In this document: one piece after another, positions 41,672 to 52,417 of the stretch
How the letters are laid out: each line of letters starts with the position of its first letter
Numbering within the stretch: position 1 is the first letter of the stretch
Assembly (NCBI GenBank): GCA_963674945.2
Contig: CAXXWQ010000002.1
Span: 128,001 to 192,000, forward strand
DNA length: 64,000 bases
Direction of reading: 5' to 3'
Source: an uncultured Desulfosarcina sp.
GTDB lineage: Bacteria > Desulfobacterota > Desulfobacteria > Desulfobacterales > Desulfosarcinaceae
Notes under the pieces: model-generated
The model's input: only the letters and a program-made list of their open reading frames with translations
The model's database searches: none
What the model was told of the DNA's origin: nothing
Made by a program: the position numbers and the translations under genes

Positions 41672-41872
41672 AGAAGGCGACCTCCTTTATGAGAATCGTG
41701 TGTTATTCAAACATGGATCTCGTATGTAACTAGATCAAAATGGGATAGTTTCAGTCAACGTTCAAACCGGCCAAAGGTCGGCTGCGGCGCTGAATTGTTT
41801 GTTGGTGTATCTTGAAAAACTAATCGATTTTGGGACATTACGTCAAGACCGCATAAAATGGCGTCCAGGCTT

Positions 41873-44851
41873 TTAAATGGCATCGATGGTAAGTGGTCGA
41901 TCCGCCATTTTTTCGTTGGCTTGTTCCAGGCGATCGCGGCTGGAAATGACGACAATGGCCTTTTGGGTTCCCTCGTCAGTGAAATAGCGGCTTGCCGCAT
42001 TCACTACGTTTTCTCGCGTCAGTTTCAGAAGTTTTTCCTTGTGAAGCTTTCGCATCTCATCGGTGAGTCCGATGATTTCCCGATAAAAGGACTTGCGGGC
42101 GGCAACGCCCGGAGGATCGGGTTTGTCGATTTCAGAGCATACCTGCAATACGGCTTCTTTCACATCCTCTTCGGAAAAATCACCCGATCGAATGAAATCG
42201 ACGGCACCACCATAGGCCTTCAAGGTATCAAGGATATGGGGGTCACGGTAGGAGCAAAAACTGAACAGACCGTCTTCGGCGTTGTACAGGGCAAAGCCGC
42301 CATAAGCTCCCCCTTTTTCGCGGATCTCACGGTGGAGATACATGGAGCGCAGGATCTTTGCGATGATGGAAAGGGCCGAACTGTCGGCATGTCCCAGTCG
42401 AACGGTGGGGAATGTCTGGGCCACGAAGGAGACGGCCGTGGAAGTGCTCCATCCCTCCTTCGGCAGGGCCGTTTCCACTCTCAACCGGGGCGGGACGAAA
42501 CCATTCGCCCTCTTTGCCGGAAGGCCTTGGGTTAGCGTATGGACTGGTTTTTGAGCGTCCTGTATCATCTTCTCATCGCCGATCATCGCCAGTTTGAGGT
42601 TATTCCGGCAAAACAGCAATTCCCGGATGGCGGCAAGGTCTGCGGTGAACCGCGCCATGCCTTCTTCATCCGCAGTCTGGGCCTCCACCCGTTTGATGGT
42701 CTTCAATTGTCCCACGCCACCCCAGATCTCCTGGAGATGATTGGATACGGAGAAATTCCGGGATGCCAAGGATATGGCCAGGCGATGGCCGTTGTGGATT
42801 ACGGCCGATTCCAGACTCGCGCGGTATTCCAATATGAGCTGACGAACTCTTCGTTGATCGGCAAAGTCCACCCGGCTCGTCAGTTCATGGAGAATTTCAA
42901 ACATTTTCTCCTGATTGCGGCCAAGGCACTTTCCGGTAAGGGTGACGACGGGAAGGCAAGCGCCGTTATCGTCGAAGCGGGTGCGGGCACTGGCGGACAG
43001 ACCGACGCCTCCGGTGTACAGGTCCAGGCGCCGGGCTATTTGCGTGTAGTCACAGTCCGCCGTACCTACTTTGGTCACGGCGTAGCAGAAAAAGGGGACG
43101 AGGGGAATTTGGGCGGCGTCGATGTTGCCGGCGCCCAATCCGCTGGAGAAGTAGAAGATGCCGGATGTGGGCTGTTCATACTCTCGCAAGGTGCCGGCAG
43201 CATCTTTCCTGGATGGCGCGATGCGGGTCACGTCGGGCAAAATGTCCCTTCGCTGCAATGTGGGAAGACAGGTCAGGTCTTCCTGGGTCTCCTGAAGCGT
43301 TTTCAGGGCTTTTGCATCATCCCGTATGGCGGCCAAATCAGTCTCGTCCATGGTAGCCATGAGATCGGCGAGTTCCTCGGCCACGCGGGCCTCTTCTTTC
43401 CGGGCCATCTGTTGATCCGGAGCGAGGATAAAGCGGACCCGATGTGGATTGTCCAGAAAAAGGGTCCGGATCTGATCTTCCAGGAATTTTCCTTTGGCCA
43501 GTTTTTCACGGAGTCGTTTGAAGTCGGCGTCCATCTGGAGGATCCGCTCCGGATCGCCGCCGTGCAGCCAGGACGCCGCCACACCGACCAAGAGCTTGAT
43601 GCCGTAAGGATATGGCGTGTTGGTGATCTCCTTCCGATGAAATTCGATCTGATGGATGGCCGATTCGACCAACTGCGGGTCGATGCCGTCGTCGACGAGA
43701 GATTGGATTACCGCAAAGACGATCTGCTCTATTTTTTCGGCATCGGATTCGGTCACATCCTTTAAGCCTACGGAGAACATGGTATCCCGGTTTTCCGCAT
43801 CGAAGCCGGTACCGTCGGAAAGGGCCGTTCCCAGCTGGCTGTCCATGAGTGCTTTTCGAAGGGGGGAAGCGGCATTGCCGATGAGGACCTGCTCGATCAC
43901 GGCGGTGACCAATACCTGGAACGTATCCTTGATGTCTCCCATGAGCCACGCGACGCAGGCCTGAAACTTCTTCTCGGGATCTTCATCCGGGGCCAGGGGA
44001 TAACTGTACGTAACGGTTTTGGGTGCCGACCATCTGGGCTGGGCGGGGACCGTCGTTCTCGGATCGATGCGCGAGAATTGGTCCAATACCCGTTTTTCGA
44101 TGAATTCCAGGTGATCCGTCAGGGGCAGGTTCCCGTAAGTATAGAAAAAGGCGTTGCTCGGGTGGTAGTGGTGGGCATGAAAGGCCTTGAGCTGTTCGTA
44201 GGAAAGGCTCGGGATGACGGATGGATCGCCTCCGGAGTTGTAGTGATAGGTCGTATCCGGGTACAGGGCGCTCAGCATGGACCGCACCATTACCTGGTCG
44301 GGTGACGACATGGCACCTTTCATTTCGTTATACACGACTCCCTTGTAGACGAGCCGGGCATCTTCACCGTCTCCCTCCACATCCAGCCGGTGTCCCTCCT
44401 GCTTGAAACTCAGCTGTTCGATGCGGGGGAAAAAGGCCGCATCCAGGTAGACGTCCATCAGGTTGTAGTAATCTTTTTTATTCTGGGTGGAGAAGGGGTA
44501 CATGGTCCAATCCGATGCGGTGAAGGCGTTCATGAAGGTCGACAGGCTTCGTTTGAGCATGGAGAAGAAGGGATCCCGTACGGGAAATCGCCGGGAGCCG
44601 CAAAGGACCGTATGCTCCAGAATGTGGGCCACACCGGTGGCGTCCGACGGCACGGTTTTAAAGGCAACGCCAAAGGTATTCTCCTTGTCCTGGTTGCCGA
44701 TGTGCAGATGTCGGGCGCCCGTGTTCGCATGAACCAATTGGTAGAGCCAGGCTGCGATGTCCGTGAGATAGGATGCCTTCGTAACGGTGTAGCCGCCGAT
44801 CCGGCTTCCTGTCTTGATATTTGGGTTGGCTGTGTCGGTTTTCGTCATCAT
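41873..44851 (-). CDS. M16C metallopeptidase (presequence protease-like)
   Basis: Inverted zincin HILEH, FMNAFT, GVVYNEMKG, REKGGAYG, SYRDP. Confidence 0.93.
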   Translation of the reverse strand: MMTKTDTANPNIKTGSRIGGYTVTKASYLTDIAAWLYQLVHANTGARHLHIGNQDKENTFGVAFKTVPSDATGVAHILEHTVLCGSRRFPVRDPFFSMLKRSLSTFMNAFTASDWTMYPFSTQNKKDYYNLMDVYLDAAFFPRIEQLSFKQEGHRLDVEGDGEDARLVYKGVVYNEMKGAMSSPDQVMVRSMLSALYPDTTYHYNSGGDPSVIPSLSYEQLKAFHAHHYHPSNAFFYTYGNLPLTDHLEFIEKRVLDQFSRIDPRTTVPAQPRWSAPKTVTYSYPLAPDEDPEKKFQACVAWLMGDIKDTFQVLVTAVIEQVLIGNAASPLRKALMDSQLGTALSDGTGFDAENRDTMFSVGLKDVTESDAEKIEQIVFAVIQSLVDDGIDPQLVESAIHQIEFHRKEITNTPYPYGIKLLVGVAASWLHGGDPERILQMDADFKRLREKLAKGKFLEDQIRTLFLDNPHRVRFILAPDQQMARKEEARVAEELADLMATMDETDLAAIRDDAKALKTLQETQEDLTCLPTLQRRDILPDVTRIAPSRKDAAGTLREYEQPTSGIFYFSSGLGAGNIDAAQIPLVPFFCYAVTKVGTADCDYTQIARRLDLYTGGVGLSASARTRFDDNGACLPVVTLTGKCLGRNQEKMFEILHELTSRVDFADQRRVRQLILEYRASLESAVIHNGHRLAISLASRNFSVSNHLQEIWGGVGQLKTIKRVEAQTADEEGMARFTADLAAIRELLFCRNNLKLAMIGDEKMIQDAQKPVHTLTQGLPAKRANGFVPPRLRVETALPKEGWSTSTAVSFVAQTFPTVRLGHADSSALSIIAKILRSMYLHREIREKGGAYGGFALYNAEDGLFSFCSYRDPHILDTLKAYGGAVDFIRSGDFSEEDVKEAVLQVCSEIDKPDPPGVAARKSFYREIIGLTDEMRKLHKEKLLKLTRENVVNAASRYFTDEGTQKAIVVISSRDRLEQANEKMADRPLTIDAI

Positions 44852-44906
44852 AAGGAACTCCAGGGCCGCACATCGGCTTTGCATGTGATGGGTGGGGAAA
44901 GAGAGG

Positions 44907-45266
44907 TTACTTGGCCTTGTAGTGCCCACGCCTGAATCGCGTGATCTTATCCATCTTGTTGAGACGAAAGAGGATATTGCGCACTTTCTTGTCTTCGTAA
45001 CCGGTTCGCTCCAGGATGTCTGCGATGCTTACGCCGTCGTGGCTTTTTTTGATGAGGTCTAAAACGGCTTGTGTCGCACTTTTCGGAGATGTTCCATCGG
45101 TCTTTCCCTTTGGCCGGGAATTTCGTGTGGGCAAGGCGGTGATGAGGCTTTCCAGACGGTCCAGCCGCTTGTTGATCTGTTCGACATCCCGTTTTGTGGG
45201 GATCTTGTAAGTGTGAAGGAAAAATTTGATCATCGAGTCGAAGCTGACCTGTTTTCTTCTTGCCAC
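44907..45266 (-). CDS. Small protein with coiled-coil N-terminus and winged-HTH C-terminus
   Basis: GTG start with SD GGGAGG; IPTKRDVEQINKRLDRLE; GVSIADILERTG..RRGHY. Confidence 0.7.
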   Translation of the reverse strand: MARRKQVSFDSMIKFFLHTYKIPTKRDVEQINKRLDRLESLITALPTRNSRPKGKTDGTSPKSATQAVLDLIKKSHDGVSIADILERTGYEDKKVRNILFRLNKMDKITRFRRGHYKAK

Positions 45267-45306
45267 GTTGCCTCCCTAGGAAGAAAAGACCATTTGAATT
45301 TTATGT

Positions 45307-45335
45307 AAAATATAAAATAAGTTATGTAAAGTCAA
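45307..45335 (-). promoter_or_regulatory. Candidate sigma-70 promoter overlapped by TTATGTAAA direct repeats
   Basis: Minus strand TTGACT-17-TATTTT; repeats at 45301-45309 and 45322-45330. Confidence 0.5.
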
Positions 45336-45340
45336 TCGCG

Positions 45341-46531
45341 TCATTCTGTTCGCTCCGTTCGGGACGAATTCCGACCGAGAAGCGCCATGGCCGTCTGGCA
45401 GTAAAGTTCCACGCCGGTCGTCAGGATCGTTTCATCGAAGTCGAATCGTGGGTTGTGGATGGCACCGAAGGATGCGTTGCCGGCCCCCAGGCAAAAGAAG
45501 CAGCCCTTTGTCTTTTCAAGGAAAAAGGCCATGTCTTCTCCACCTAAGGATCTTTCCGGATTCAGGATCCGATCGGTGCCTACCACGTCTGTGGCGATGC
45601 GCCTCATCAACTCGGCCATATCTTCATCGTTTACCAGCGGCGGATAACCATCTTCGAATCGGATTTCATATCCGGCTCCCATGGAATCGCAGACTCCTTT
45701 TACCACCGTTTCGATGATGGTTGGCCAGTTCTGCCAGGTGGTCTTCTCGAAGGTCCTGGCGGTTCCCCACAACCTGGCCCGCTCCGGGATGACATTAAAC
45801 GCCGTGCCCGCTTCAAAACGGCCGATGGTAATCGCCGTGGGGGAAAAGGGGTTCATCTTCCGGCTGACGATTCGCTGCAACGCGCCGACCACCTGACATC
45901 CGGTCTCCAGGGCATCCACGCAAAGGTGGGGCATGGCGCCGTGGCCGCCCTTTCCCGTGATGGTAATGTCGAAACTGAACATGGCCGCCATCAGGGCGCC
46001 TGCCCGGATACCGATCGTTCCCTCGGGGATGTCGGGCCAGATGTGACAACCCAATGCATAGTCCACCGGTGGATCTTCCAGCACGCCGGCCCGGATCATG
46101 GGAGCGGCTCCCCCCGGTCCCTCTTCTGCCGGTTGAAACACGAATTTGATGGTGCCGCATATCTCATTTTTTACCTGGGCCATGATCATGGCGGCGGCCA
46201 GGGCCATTGCCATGTGACCGTCGTGGCCGCAGGAGTGCATTGCGCCGGGATGTTCGGAACAAAAGGAAAGACCAGTTTTTTCCGTGATGGGCAAGGCATC
46301 CATGTCTGCGCGAATGAGCAGCGTGGGGCCGGGGCGACCGGTGGAGAGAATTCCCATCACTCCCGTGCCGGCAATGCCCGTAATCACATCCATTTTTGTT
46401 TCTCGCAATTGGTCTGCTACGTATACGCTTGTTTTTTCTTCCTTGAAGGCCAGTTCCGGGATGCGATGGAGATCCCGGCGGATGGCCACGAGTTGTTTTT
46501 CGAAGCGGCGGACAAGCTGTCGTACATTCAT
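45341..46531 (-). CDS. M20D amidohydrolase
   Basis: RADMDALP, MHSCGHDGH, FQPAEEG, GKGGHGAMPH, GGED. Confidence 0.92.
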   Translation of the reverse strand: MNVRQLVRRFEKQLVAIRRDLHRIPELAFKEEKTSVYVADQLRETKMDVITGIAGTGVMGILSTGRPGPTLLIRADMDALPITEKTGLSFCSEHPGAMHSCGHDGHMAMALAAAMIMAQVKNEICGTIKFVFQPAEEGPGGAAPMIRAGVLEDPPVDYALGCHIWPDIPEGTIGIRAGALMAAMFSFDITITGKGGHGAMPHLCVDALETGCQVVGALQRIVSRKMNPFSPTAITIGRFEAGTAFNVIPERARLWGTARTFEKTTWQNWPTIIETVVKGVCDSMGAGYEIRFEDGYPPLVNDEDMAELMRRIATDVVGTDRILNPERSLGGEDMAFFLEKTKGCFFCLGAGNASFGAIHNPRFDFDETILTTGVELYCQTAMALLGRNSSRTERTE

Positions 46532-46565
46532 GGTTGTATTTCCAAAGGATTTCCTGGAGTATATT

Positions 46566-47858
46566 CTATAAGAATATTTTGCAGGCCAGGACGGCGAAGA
46601 GAATGCCTGCCGCATCGGCGGTCAGGGCAGCGGCCATGGCGTGACGAATGCGCTTGACCTGGACGGCACCGAAATAGACGGCCATTACGTAAAACGTGGT
46701 CTCCGTCGACCCCTGCAAGGTGGAAACCAGTACGCCCGTGTAGCTGTCCGGTCCGATGACAGGATCGTTGATGATCGACGCCAGGATCCCGTAGGCACCG
46801 GAACCGCTCAATGGGCGCATCAGGGCCATGGGCAGGGCTTCGGCGGGAAGGCCGAACCGTGATGTGACGGGAGAAAGGGCGTTCACGAGAAGATCCAGTG
46901 CGCCACTCGCACGGAGCATGCCTACGGCAACCAAAATGGCCACTAAGTAGGGGATAATGCGAAGGGCCACTTGAAATCCCTCTTTGGCCCCGTCCACGAA
47001 TACCTCGTACACCCTCACCCTGCGAAGGGCTCCGAACAGGAGAAAGCCGGCCATCAATGCCGGGAGAATCCATGGCGAGATGGTTTTACCATACAGGACG
47101 GCAATGGGAATCAGGGATACCAGCGCCACGAGCGCCGACAGGCTCACCCATAGCGGGTAGGCTGTTTGGGCCCCTTCCAGTCCCACGGTTTCAGAATCAT
47201 CGCGTTTGCCCGTTTTCGCCACCTCTCTTTTCTGTCCCGTTCCCGTTTCCACGGGAGAGAAATGCCGGTAGAGTTTGGCGGCGATGATGGCCACGGTGGT
47301 GGAGCCGATGGTGGCAGCCAGGGTGGTGGGCAGGATCATCGCCGGATCGGCGCTTCCCGCCGATGCCCGAAGGGCGATGACGCCGGTGGGCAACAGTGTC
47401 ACGCTGGATGTGTTAATGGCCAGAAACAGGGCCATGGCATCGGTGGCCGTTCCCGGCTCCGGGTTGATTTGTTCCAGCTCCTGCATGGCACGGATACCGA
47501 AGGGAGTGGCCGCATTGCCCAACCCAAGGGCGTTGGCGGAAAGATTGAGGATCATGGCACCCATGGCCGGATGGTCCGCCGGCACCTGGGGAAAGAGTCG
47601 CACCATCATGGGACGGATGAGGCGGGCCAGGATGGTGAGCATGCCGCCGGATTCGGCCACCTTCATCAGACCCAAAAACAGGGTCATGACGCCGACCAGA
47701 CCGATGGCCAGATCAACGGCGCCCGCGGCCGAATCCACCAATGCGGTGGACAACGCCGCCATGGGGGTGGGCTGATCCGCCATGGGGACGAAGGTGAGCT
47801 GTCTGAAGCCGGCGAAGCAAAAGGCGGCGAGGATGATTGCCAAAAAGATACGATTCAT
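46566..47858 (-). CDS. Fused SpmA/SpmB (nucleoside-recognition gate domain) membrane protein
   Basis: ANALGLGNAATPFG, RPLSGSG, GSTETTFYV. Confidence 0.88.
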   Translation of the reverse strand: MNRIFLAIILAAFCFAGFRQLTFVPMADQPTPMAALSTALVDSAAGAVDLAIGLVGVMTLFLGLMKVAESGGMLTILARLIRPMMVRLFPQVPADHPAMGAMILNLSANALGLGNAATPFGIRAMQELEQINPEPGTATDAMALFLAINTSSVTLLPTGVIALRASAGSADPAMILPTTLAATIGSTTVAIIAAKLYRHFSPVETGTGQKREVAKTGKRDDSETVGLEGAQTAYPLWVSLSALVALVSLIPIAVLYGKTISPWILPALMAGFLLFGALRRVRVYEVFVDGAKEGFQVALRIIPYLVAILVAVGMLRASGALDLLVNALSPVTSRFGLPAEALPMALMRPLSGSGAYGILASIINDPVIGPDSYTGVLVSTLQGSTETTFYVMAVYFGAVQVKRIRHAMAAALTADAAGILFAVLACKIFL

Positions 47859-50020
47859 GCCGTCGCACCCGCCCCAAGGGTATCCATCGGCTTGAGGAGA
47901 ATGCGGGCATCCACGATGGTAATGCCCTTTTCGTGAACGATGACCGGATTGAGATCCATCTCCTGGATTTCGGGGTAGGCCTCGATGATTTCCGAACAGC
48001 TCAGCAAGAGGTTCACCAGGGCCTTTTTATCGTATGGAGGACCGCCGCGAACACCGTCCAGAATGGGATACGACTTGGTATCTTCGATCATGCGCTGGGC
48101 CGAACGCCGGGAGACGGGAAGGACGCGGAAGGCCACATCCTTTAAAATTTCCACCAATATGCCACCCAATCCGTACATGATGACCGGTCCGAACTGGTCG
48201 TCGATCTTGGTACCGATGATCACCTCCACGCCCGACGTCGCCATGGGGGAGACCAATACGCCCTCGATGCGGGCATCGGGTTTGTAGGCCTTGGCATTTT
48301 TGACGATGTCCCGAAAGGCTTTTTTCACCTTGTCCTTGGCACCGAGGTTCAGCACGACACCTTTTGCATCGCTCTTGTGAAGAATGTCGGGCGAGGCGAT
48401 CTTCAGGGCAACTTTCCCTTTCCTGCGGGCGGCGATTTCGGCGGCCTCTTCGGGGGTTTGGGCCAATTCATCAATCGTCACCGGGACATCATGCAGCGCC
48501 AACAGCTGCTTGGCTTCGATCTCCAGCAGGGCGGTTCTTCCACCGGCCATGACCTGGTCGATGATCTTTTTGCCTTCGGGCTTGGCCTTGGCGCCGTAAT
48601 TGATAACGAAGTTGGTTTTGGCGTGGTAGCTTTTCAGATATCGACCATACTGGGCCAGGACGCCCATGCATTTGCACGCCACATCCAGGCTGCCGTAAAC
48701 GGGAACGCCGTAGTAACGCAGAAGGTTCAGGCTGTGTGGCTTTTCCGAATTGTAGAGGCTGTGGACCACGATCGCCTTTTTCCGCTTGCCGACCATTTTT
48801 CCCATCTGGTGGGCGGCGTCCTCTTCCTTCATGGTCAGACTTTCGGCGAAACGAATGCCATATCCGCCGAAGAGGCCCACGATCAGCAGTCCTCCCACAT
48901 TGGGGTCAGAAAGGATGATCCGGGTGCAGTCGGCGAAGATCACTGGATTGTCGTCGGTGCCGCCGGCGACGTCGATGGGATTTCTCACCGCGGCGCCTTT
49001 GGGAAGGATGGTGCGCAGCTTTTTTTGGGTAGCCTCTTCCAGTTCGGGAATGAGGACACCCAGATCGGTCAATTTGTCCGCGGCGATGGTGGCGTGCCCC
49101 CCACCGTCCGCCAGGATGGCGATCTTGTTGTTTCGGATGGGAGGGAGGCTGGAGAGCGTCTCGGCGGCCGGAAAAAGCTCATCGGAATTTTCGATGACGA
49201 TGATACCGGCCCGCTGAAAAGCGCCCTTGGCCACCCGCGACATGCCGGCCAAGGCGCCGGTGTGGGATCCGGCGGACTGCTTCCCCTTTGTGGAACGCCC
49301 CCCTTTGAGCAGGATGATGGGCTTTTTTTCGGTGGTTTTATAGGCCTGCTGCAAGAATTTCCGTCCCTCTCGCATGCCTTCCACGTACATGAGGATCGCC
49401 CGGGTTTCGGGATCATCGGAGAAAAATTCAAGGTACTCGTGAAACCGGATATCCGCCTCGTTCCCGACTCCCACGTAATAGCTGAATCCTTTTTGACTGG
49501 TCAGCTTGGCCTCGGTAATCAGGGTCAGTGCCATATTGCCGCTCTGGGTCAAAAGGGCGATGTCCCCCCTGGGAGAATCTTTCAGACCCACCAGGTTCAG
49601 ATTGGTCTTGAGGTTGATCATGCCGGAGGTGTTGGGGCCCACCAGTCGGATATGGTGGCGGGAAGCCACTTCCAAGACCTCACGCTCCAGCACCTTTCCC
49701 TCTGCCCCGATTTCTCCGAATCCTGTGGCCAGGATCACGGCCCCCTTGATGCCTTTTTGGCCACAGGTATCCAGGACGGCGGGGATGGTGCGGGCCGGGG
49801 TGGCGATCAGGGCGACATCCACGTCACCGGGGATCTTACCGACATCCGGATAACAGGGCAGCCCCAATATCATCTCCTCTTTGGGGTTGACCGGATAGAT
49901 GGCCCCTTCGTATCCTTCGTCGCGAAGGGTTCGAATGGTCTGATATCCGCGTTTGGTGGGAATTTTCGATGCGCCGATGACGGCGATGGATTTTGCGTTG
50001 AGGACATGCTCCAGGCCCAT
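47855..50020 (-). CDS. ADP-forming acyl-CoA synthetase (acetate--CoA ligase family, fused alpha/beta)
   Basis: IAVIGAS, LVGPN, SHTGALAG, HKSD, EMDLNPV. Confidence 0.9.
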   Translation of the reverse strand: MGLEHVLNAKSIAVIGASKIPTKRGYQTIRTLRDEGYEGAIYPVNPKEEMILGLPCYPDVGKIPGDVDVALIATPARTIPAVLDTCGQKGIKGAVILATGFGEIGAEGKVLEREVLEVASRHHIRLVGPNTSGMINLKTNLNLVGLKDSPRGDIALLTQSGNMALTLITEAKLTSQKGFSYYVGVGNEADIRFHEYLEFFSDDPETRAILMYVEGMREGRKFLQQAYKTTEKKPIILLKGGRSTKGKQSAGSHTGALAGMSRVAKGAFQRAGIIVIENSDELFPAAETLSSLPPIRNNKIAILADGGGHATIAADKLTDLGVLIPELEEATQKKLRTILPKGAAVRNPIDVAGGTDDNPVIFADCTRIILSDPNVGGLLIVGLFGGYGIRFAESLTMKEEDAAHQMGKMVGKRKKAIVVHSLYNSEKPHSLNLLRYYGVPVYGSLDVACKCMGVLAQYGRYLKSYHAKTNFVINYGAKAKPEGKKIIDQVMAGGRTALLEIEAKQLLALHDVPVTIDELAQTPEEAAEIAARRKGKVALKIASPDILHKSDAKGVVLNLGAKDKVKKAFRDIVKNAKAYKPDARIEGVLVSPMATSGVEVIIGTKIDDQFGPVIMYGLGGILVEILKDVAFRVLPVSRRSAQRMIEDTKSYPILDGVRGGPPYDKKALVNLLLSCSEIIEAYPEIQEMDLNPVIVHEKGITIVDARILLKPMDTLGAGATA

Positions 50021-50032
50021 TATTGCTCCTTT

Positions 50033-50183
50033 ACGGCTTCGTAAAAAGTCCGATATCGGCGTTACGCTTCGTCCCTCGTCACTGCGACGTATCCAACCAT
50101 ACGCCTCATTCCTCGGGACTCGCAATCCTTGATCTCGAACTTTTTACGAAGCCGTCCGAAATCAGACTTTTTAGGAGTTCTCA
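50033..50183. repeat. MITE-like element, TIR type B copy 2
   Basis: Near-identical to 36482-36634; fills the whole intergenic spacer. Confidence 0.9.
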
Positions 50184-50954
50184 CTCCTTGGTTTTCTTCC
50201 GGTCTTCGAAGGCTGCCAGCGATTCCTGCCGCTCCTTGGTGGAGACACAGGCCAGGCATCCTTCCACTTCAAAGTCCATGATGGCCTCCAGGCTGGCTTC
50301 TCCCAGTGCCATGTTCAATCCCTTTTTGATGATCGAAAGGGAAAAAGCCGAATTGGCGACGATTTTGGCTGCCATCTCCATCACCGTGTCCATCAGATCC
50401 GCCAGGGGAACCGCACGGTTGACCAGGCCGATACGCTGGGCCTCCACGCCGTCGATATACTCGCCTGTGAAGAGCAATTCCCGCGCTTTTCCCGGTCCCA
50501 CCAGGTTTTGAACCAACCGGAATGCACCCCCGGTAACCGAGGAGGTGACCTTTGCTTCGGGACTTCCGATCTTGGCTTCCTCTGCGGCGATTCGAATATC
50601 GCAGGCCAGGGCCAGTTCGTATCCGGAGCCGACGGCGTAACCGTTGATGGCGGCAATGGTGGGTTTTTCGAAACGGATGATGGCACGGGAGACTTCCTGT
50701 AGGGAAACCAGATAGTCACGGTACTGCTCGATGGATCTCGTCTTGGACTCCTTCAGATCGGCGCCGGTGGAAAATGCCCGTCCCTCGCCGGTGAACACCA
50801 CCACCTTGACGGTTTCATCTGCGCGGGAATCCTCAAGACAGGCCTGAATGTCCAGCCAAAGGCGCTTGTTCATCGCGTTTAACACCTTGGGCCGATTGAG
50901 CCGGATGACGGCCACGCCTTCTGTTTTGTCGTAATTGACACATTCGAGATCCAT
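50181..50954 (-). CDS. Enoyl-CoA hydratase/isomerase family protein
   Basis: LNRPKVLNAMN, AFSTGADL, PTIAAINGYAVGSGYELALACDIRIA. Confidence 0.92.
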   Translation of the reverse strand: MDLECVNYDKTEGVAVIRLNRPKVLNAMNKRLWLDIQACLEDSRADETVKVVVFTGEGRAFSTGADLKESKTRSIEQYRDYLVSLQEVSRAIIRFEKPTIAAINGYAVGSGYELALACDIRIAAEEAKIGSPEAKVTSSVTGGAFRLVQNLVGPGKARELLFTGEYIDGVEAQRIGLVNRAVPLADLMDTVMEMAAKIVANSAFSLSIIKKGLNMALGEASLEAIMDFEVEGCLACVSTKERQESLAAFEDRKKTKE

Positions 50955-51162
50955 TGAATTCTCCCTCGTGCAAACGGTGAAACATCGTTGCAGTTGATTC
51001 ACCCCGGGCACTGCCCGTGCGATACGAAGAGGTTCGAACCGGTCCGGTGAGACACTCAATCTGCAAAAACTTTTTTAACATCGAACGTCCGGCGTCGAAT
51101 GCATAGATCGCTTCGCTCCATCGTTTGACAAATGGGATTGCCGGTCAAGAAAAATCGTGTCC

Positions 51163-52389
51163 CTATGCCAGCTCGTCCATGGCTTCGGCCATGAGGCGGC
51201 CGATGGGCAGACGCCTGGGGCATCGGGCTTCGGCCACCGTATAGTCCGCCCGTGCCAAATCCCTGCGGGTCGAATCTGACAGACGGGCAAAGCGTCGTCG
51301 CGCATCGTCCGTGTCGCCGTAGTTTCTCGCATACATGAGATAGCGCATCACGTTTCCGATGGGCACATTTTCGGCGACGGCATTTTCGCAAATCTGCGTG
51401 CAGCCGGCGCAGTAATGGCCGAATGTTTCGGCCGCGTATCGATCAAGGTCCCGCCGATCGTTTTCGGTCAGGGCGGTACGGTCCACTGCCGCGGCGATGT
51501 TTGCCATAAGAATGGCCATGGTGGGCATCTGGCTGCAAATGGCGCTGATCCGCGGATCCTCCCACACCGCCTTGAGCTTTGCCTGTTTGTCTGTAAATCC
51601 CCTTTGCACGAATCGACCGGCCAGTCCCAGGTCCCGGGCAGTCGTCGTCCTTACGGCGCCGCCTCCCTGGGTCTTCATGGCCGTTAGACCGATACCGGCC
51701 TTCACGCAGGCATCCACGGCCTCTTTCATTTTGTCTTCGTGCATGAGCCGAAAGTTGTAGGTCAGCATGATGCCGTCGATCCATCCCAGCCGGGCAGCGT
51801 CCATCAGGCAGCGCTCCATGTTGGCGTGGGTCGAAAAGCCGAGCAGGCGAATCTTTCCCGTGGCTTTTTGTTTCTCCCCCCATTTTCGTATGTCGTCGTC
51901 CATGACATCGGCATCGCGAATGCCATGGACAAAGAAGAGGTCCACGTGGTCGGTGTTCATGCGTTCCAGGGAATTGGACAGTTCGCGGCCCAATGCCGAA
52001 GGGCTCCGGCCGGTGGATTTGGTGACCAGGAAGATCTTGTCCCGTTGATCGGGGTAGTCGGCGAAAAACTGGCCGATACCCTCTTCGCTTTTTCCGCCGC
52101 TATAGGTATGGGCCGTGTCCCAGTAGGTAACGCCGTAGCGGATGGCCTGCTTGAGAAGGCTCTGGTTGGATGGAATGTCGAACATGCCGCCCAGGGAGAG
52201 GATGGGAACGTCGATGCCGGATCTGCCGAATCGCCGTTTGGCAACGGCTGTGGCCGTCGTTGCACGATCCGGCGCGGCCGCTTTCACCGGGCTTTTCCCA
52301 CCAAAGGGTGTCAGCGCCGTCCCAAGGCCGATGGCGCCCGCCCGTTTGATGAAGGATCGTCTTGACATACCCGTTGTATCCTTTTTCAT
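51163..52389 (-). CDS. Tat-signal aldo/keto reductase with C-terminal Fe-S motif
   Basis: SRRSFIK twin-Arg; WDTAHTY, VTKS, FVHG; CAGCTQIC...RCP. Confidence 0.85.
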   Translation of the reverse strand: MKKDTTGMSRRSFIKRAGAIGLGTALTPFGGKSPVKAAAPDRATTATAVAKRRFGRSGIDVPILSLGGMFDIPSNQSLLKQAIRYGVTYWDTAHTYSGGKSEEGIGQFFADYPDQRDKIFLVTKSTGRSPSALGRELSNSLERMNTDHVDLFFVHGIRDADVMDDDIRKWGEKQKATGKIRLLGFSTHANMERCLMDAARLGWIDGIMLTYNFRLMHEDKMKEAVDACVKAGIGLTAMKTQGGGAVRTTTARDLGLAGRFVQRGFTDKQAKLKAVWEDPRISAICSQMPTMAILMANIAAAVDRTALTENDRRDLDRYAAETFGHYCAGCTQICENAVAENVPIGNVMRYLMYARNYGDTDDARRRFARLSDSTRRDLARADYTVAEARCPRRLPIGRLMAEAMDELA

Positions 52390-52417
52390 GATTTCACCTC
52401 ATTGGCCTTTGTTAACA

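Noticed and set aside
48377..50044. Long antisense ORFs (e.g. 48377-50044, 42539-43765, 60321-61670, 5013-6158, 35386-36582)
   Set aside because: Shadows of well-supported genes on the opposite strand in GC-rich DNA; no recognisable motifs.
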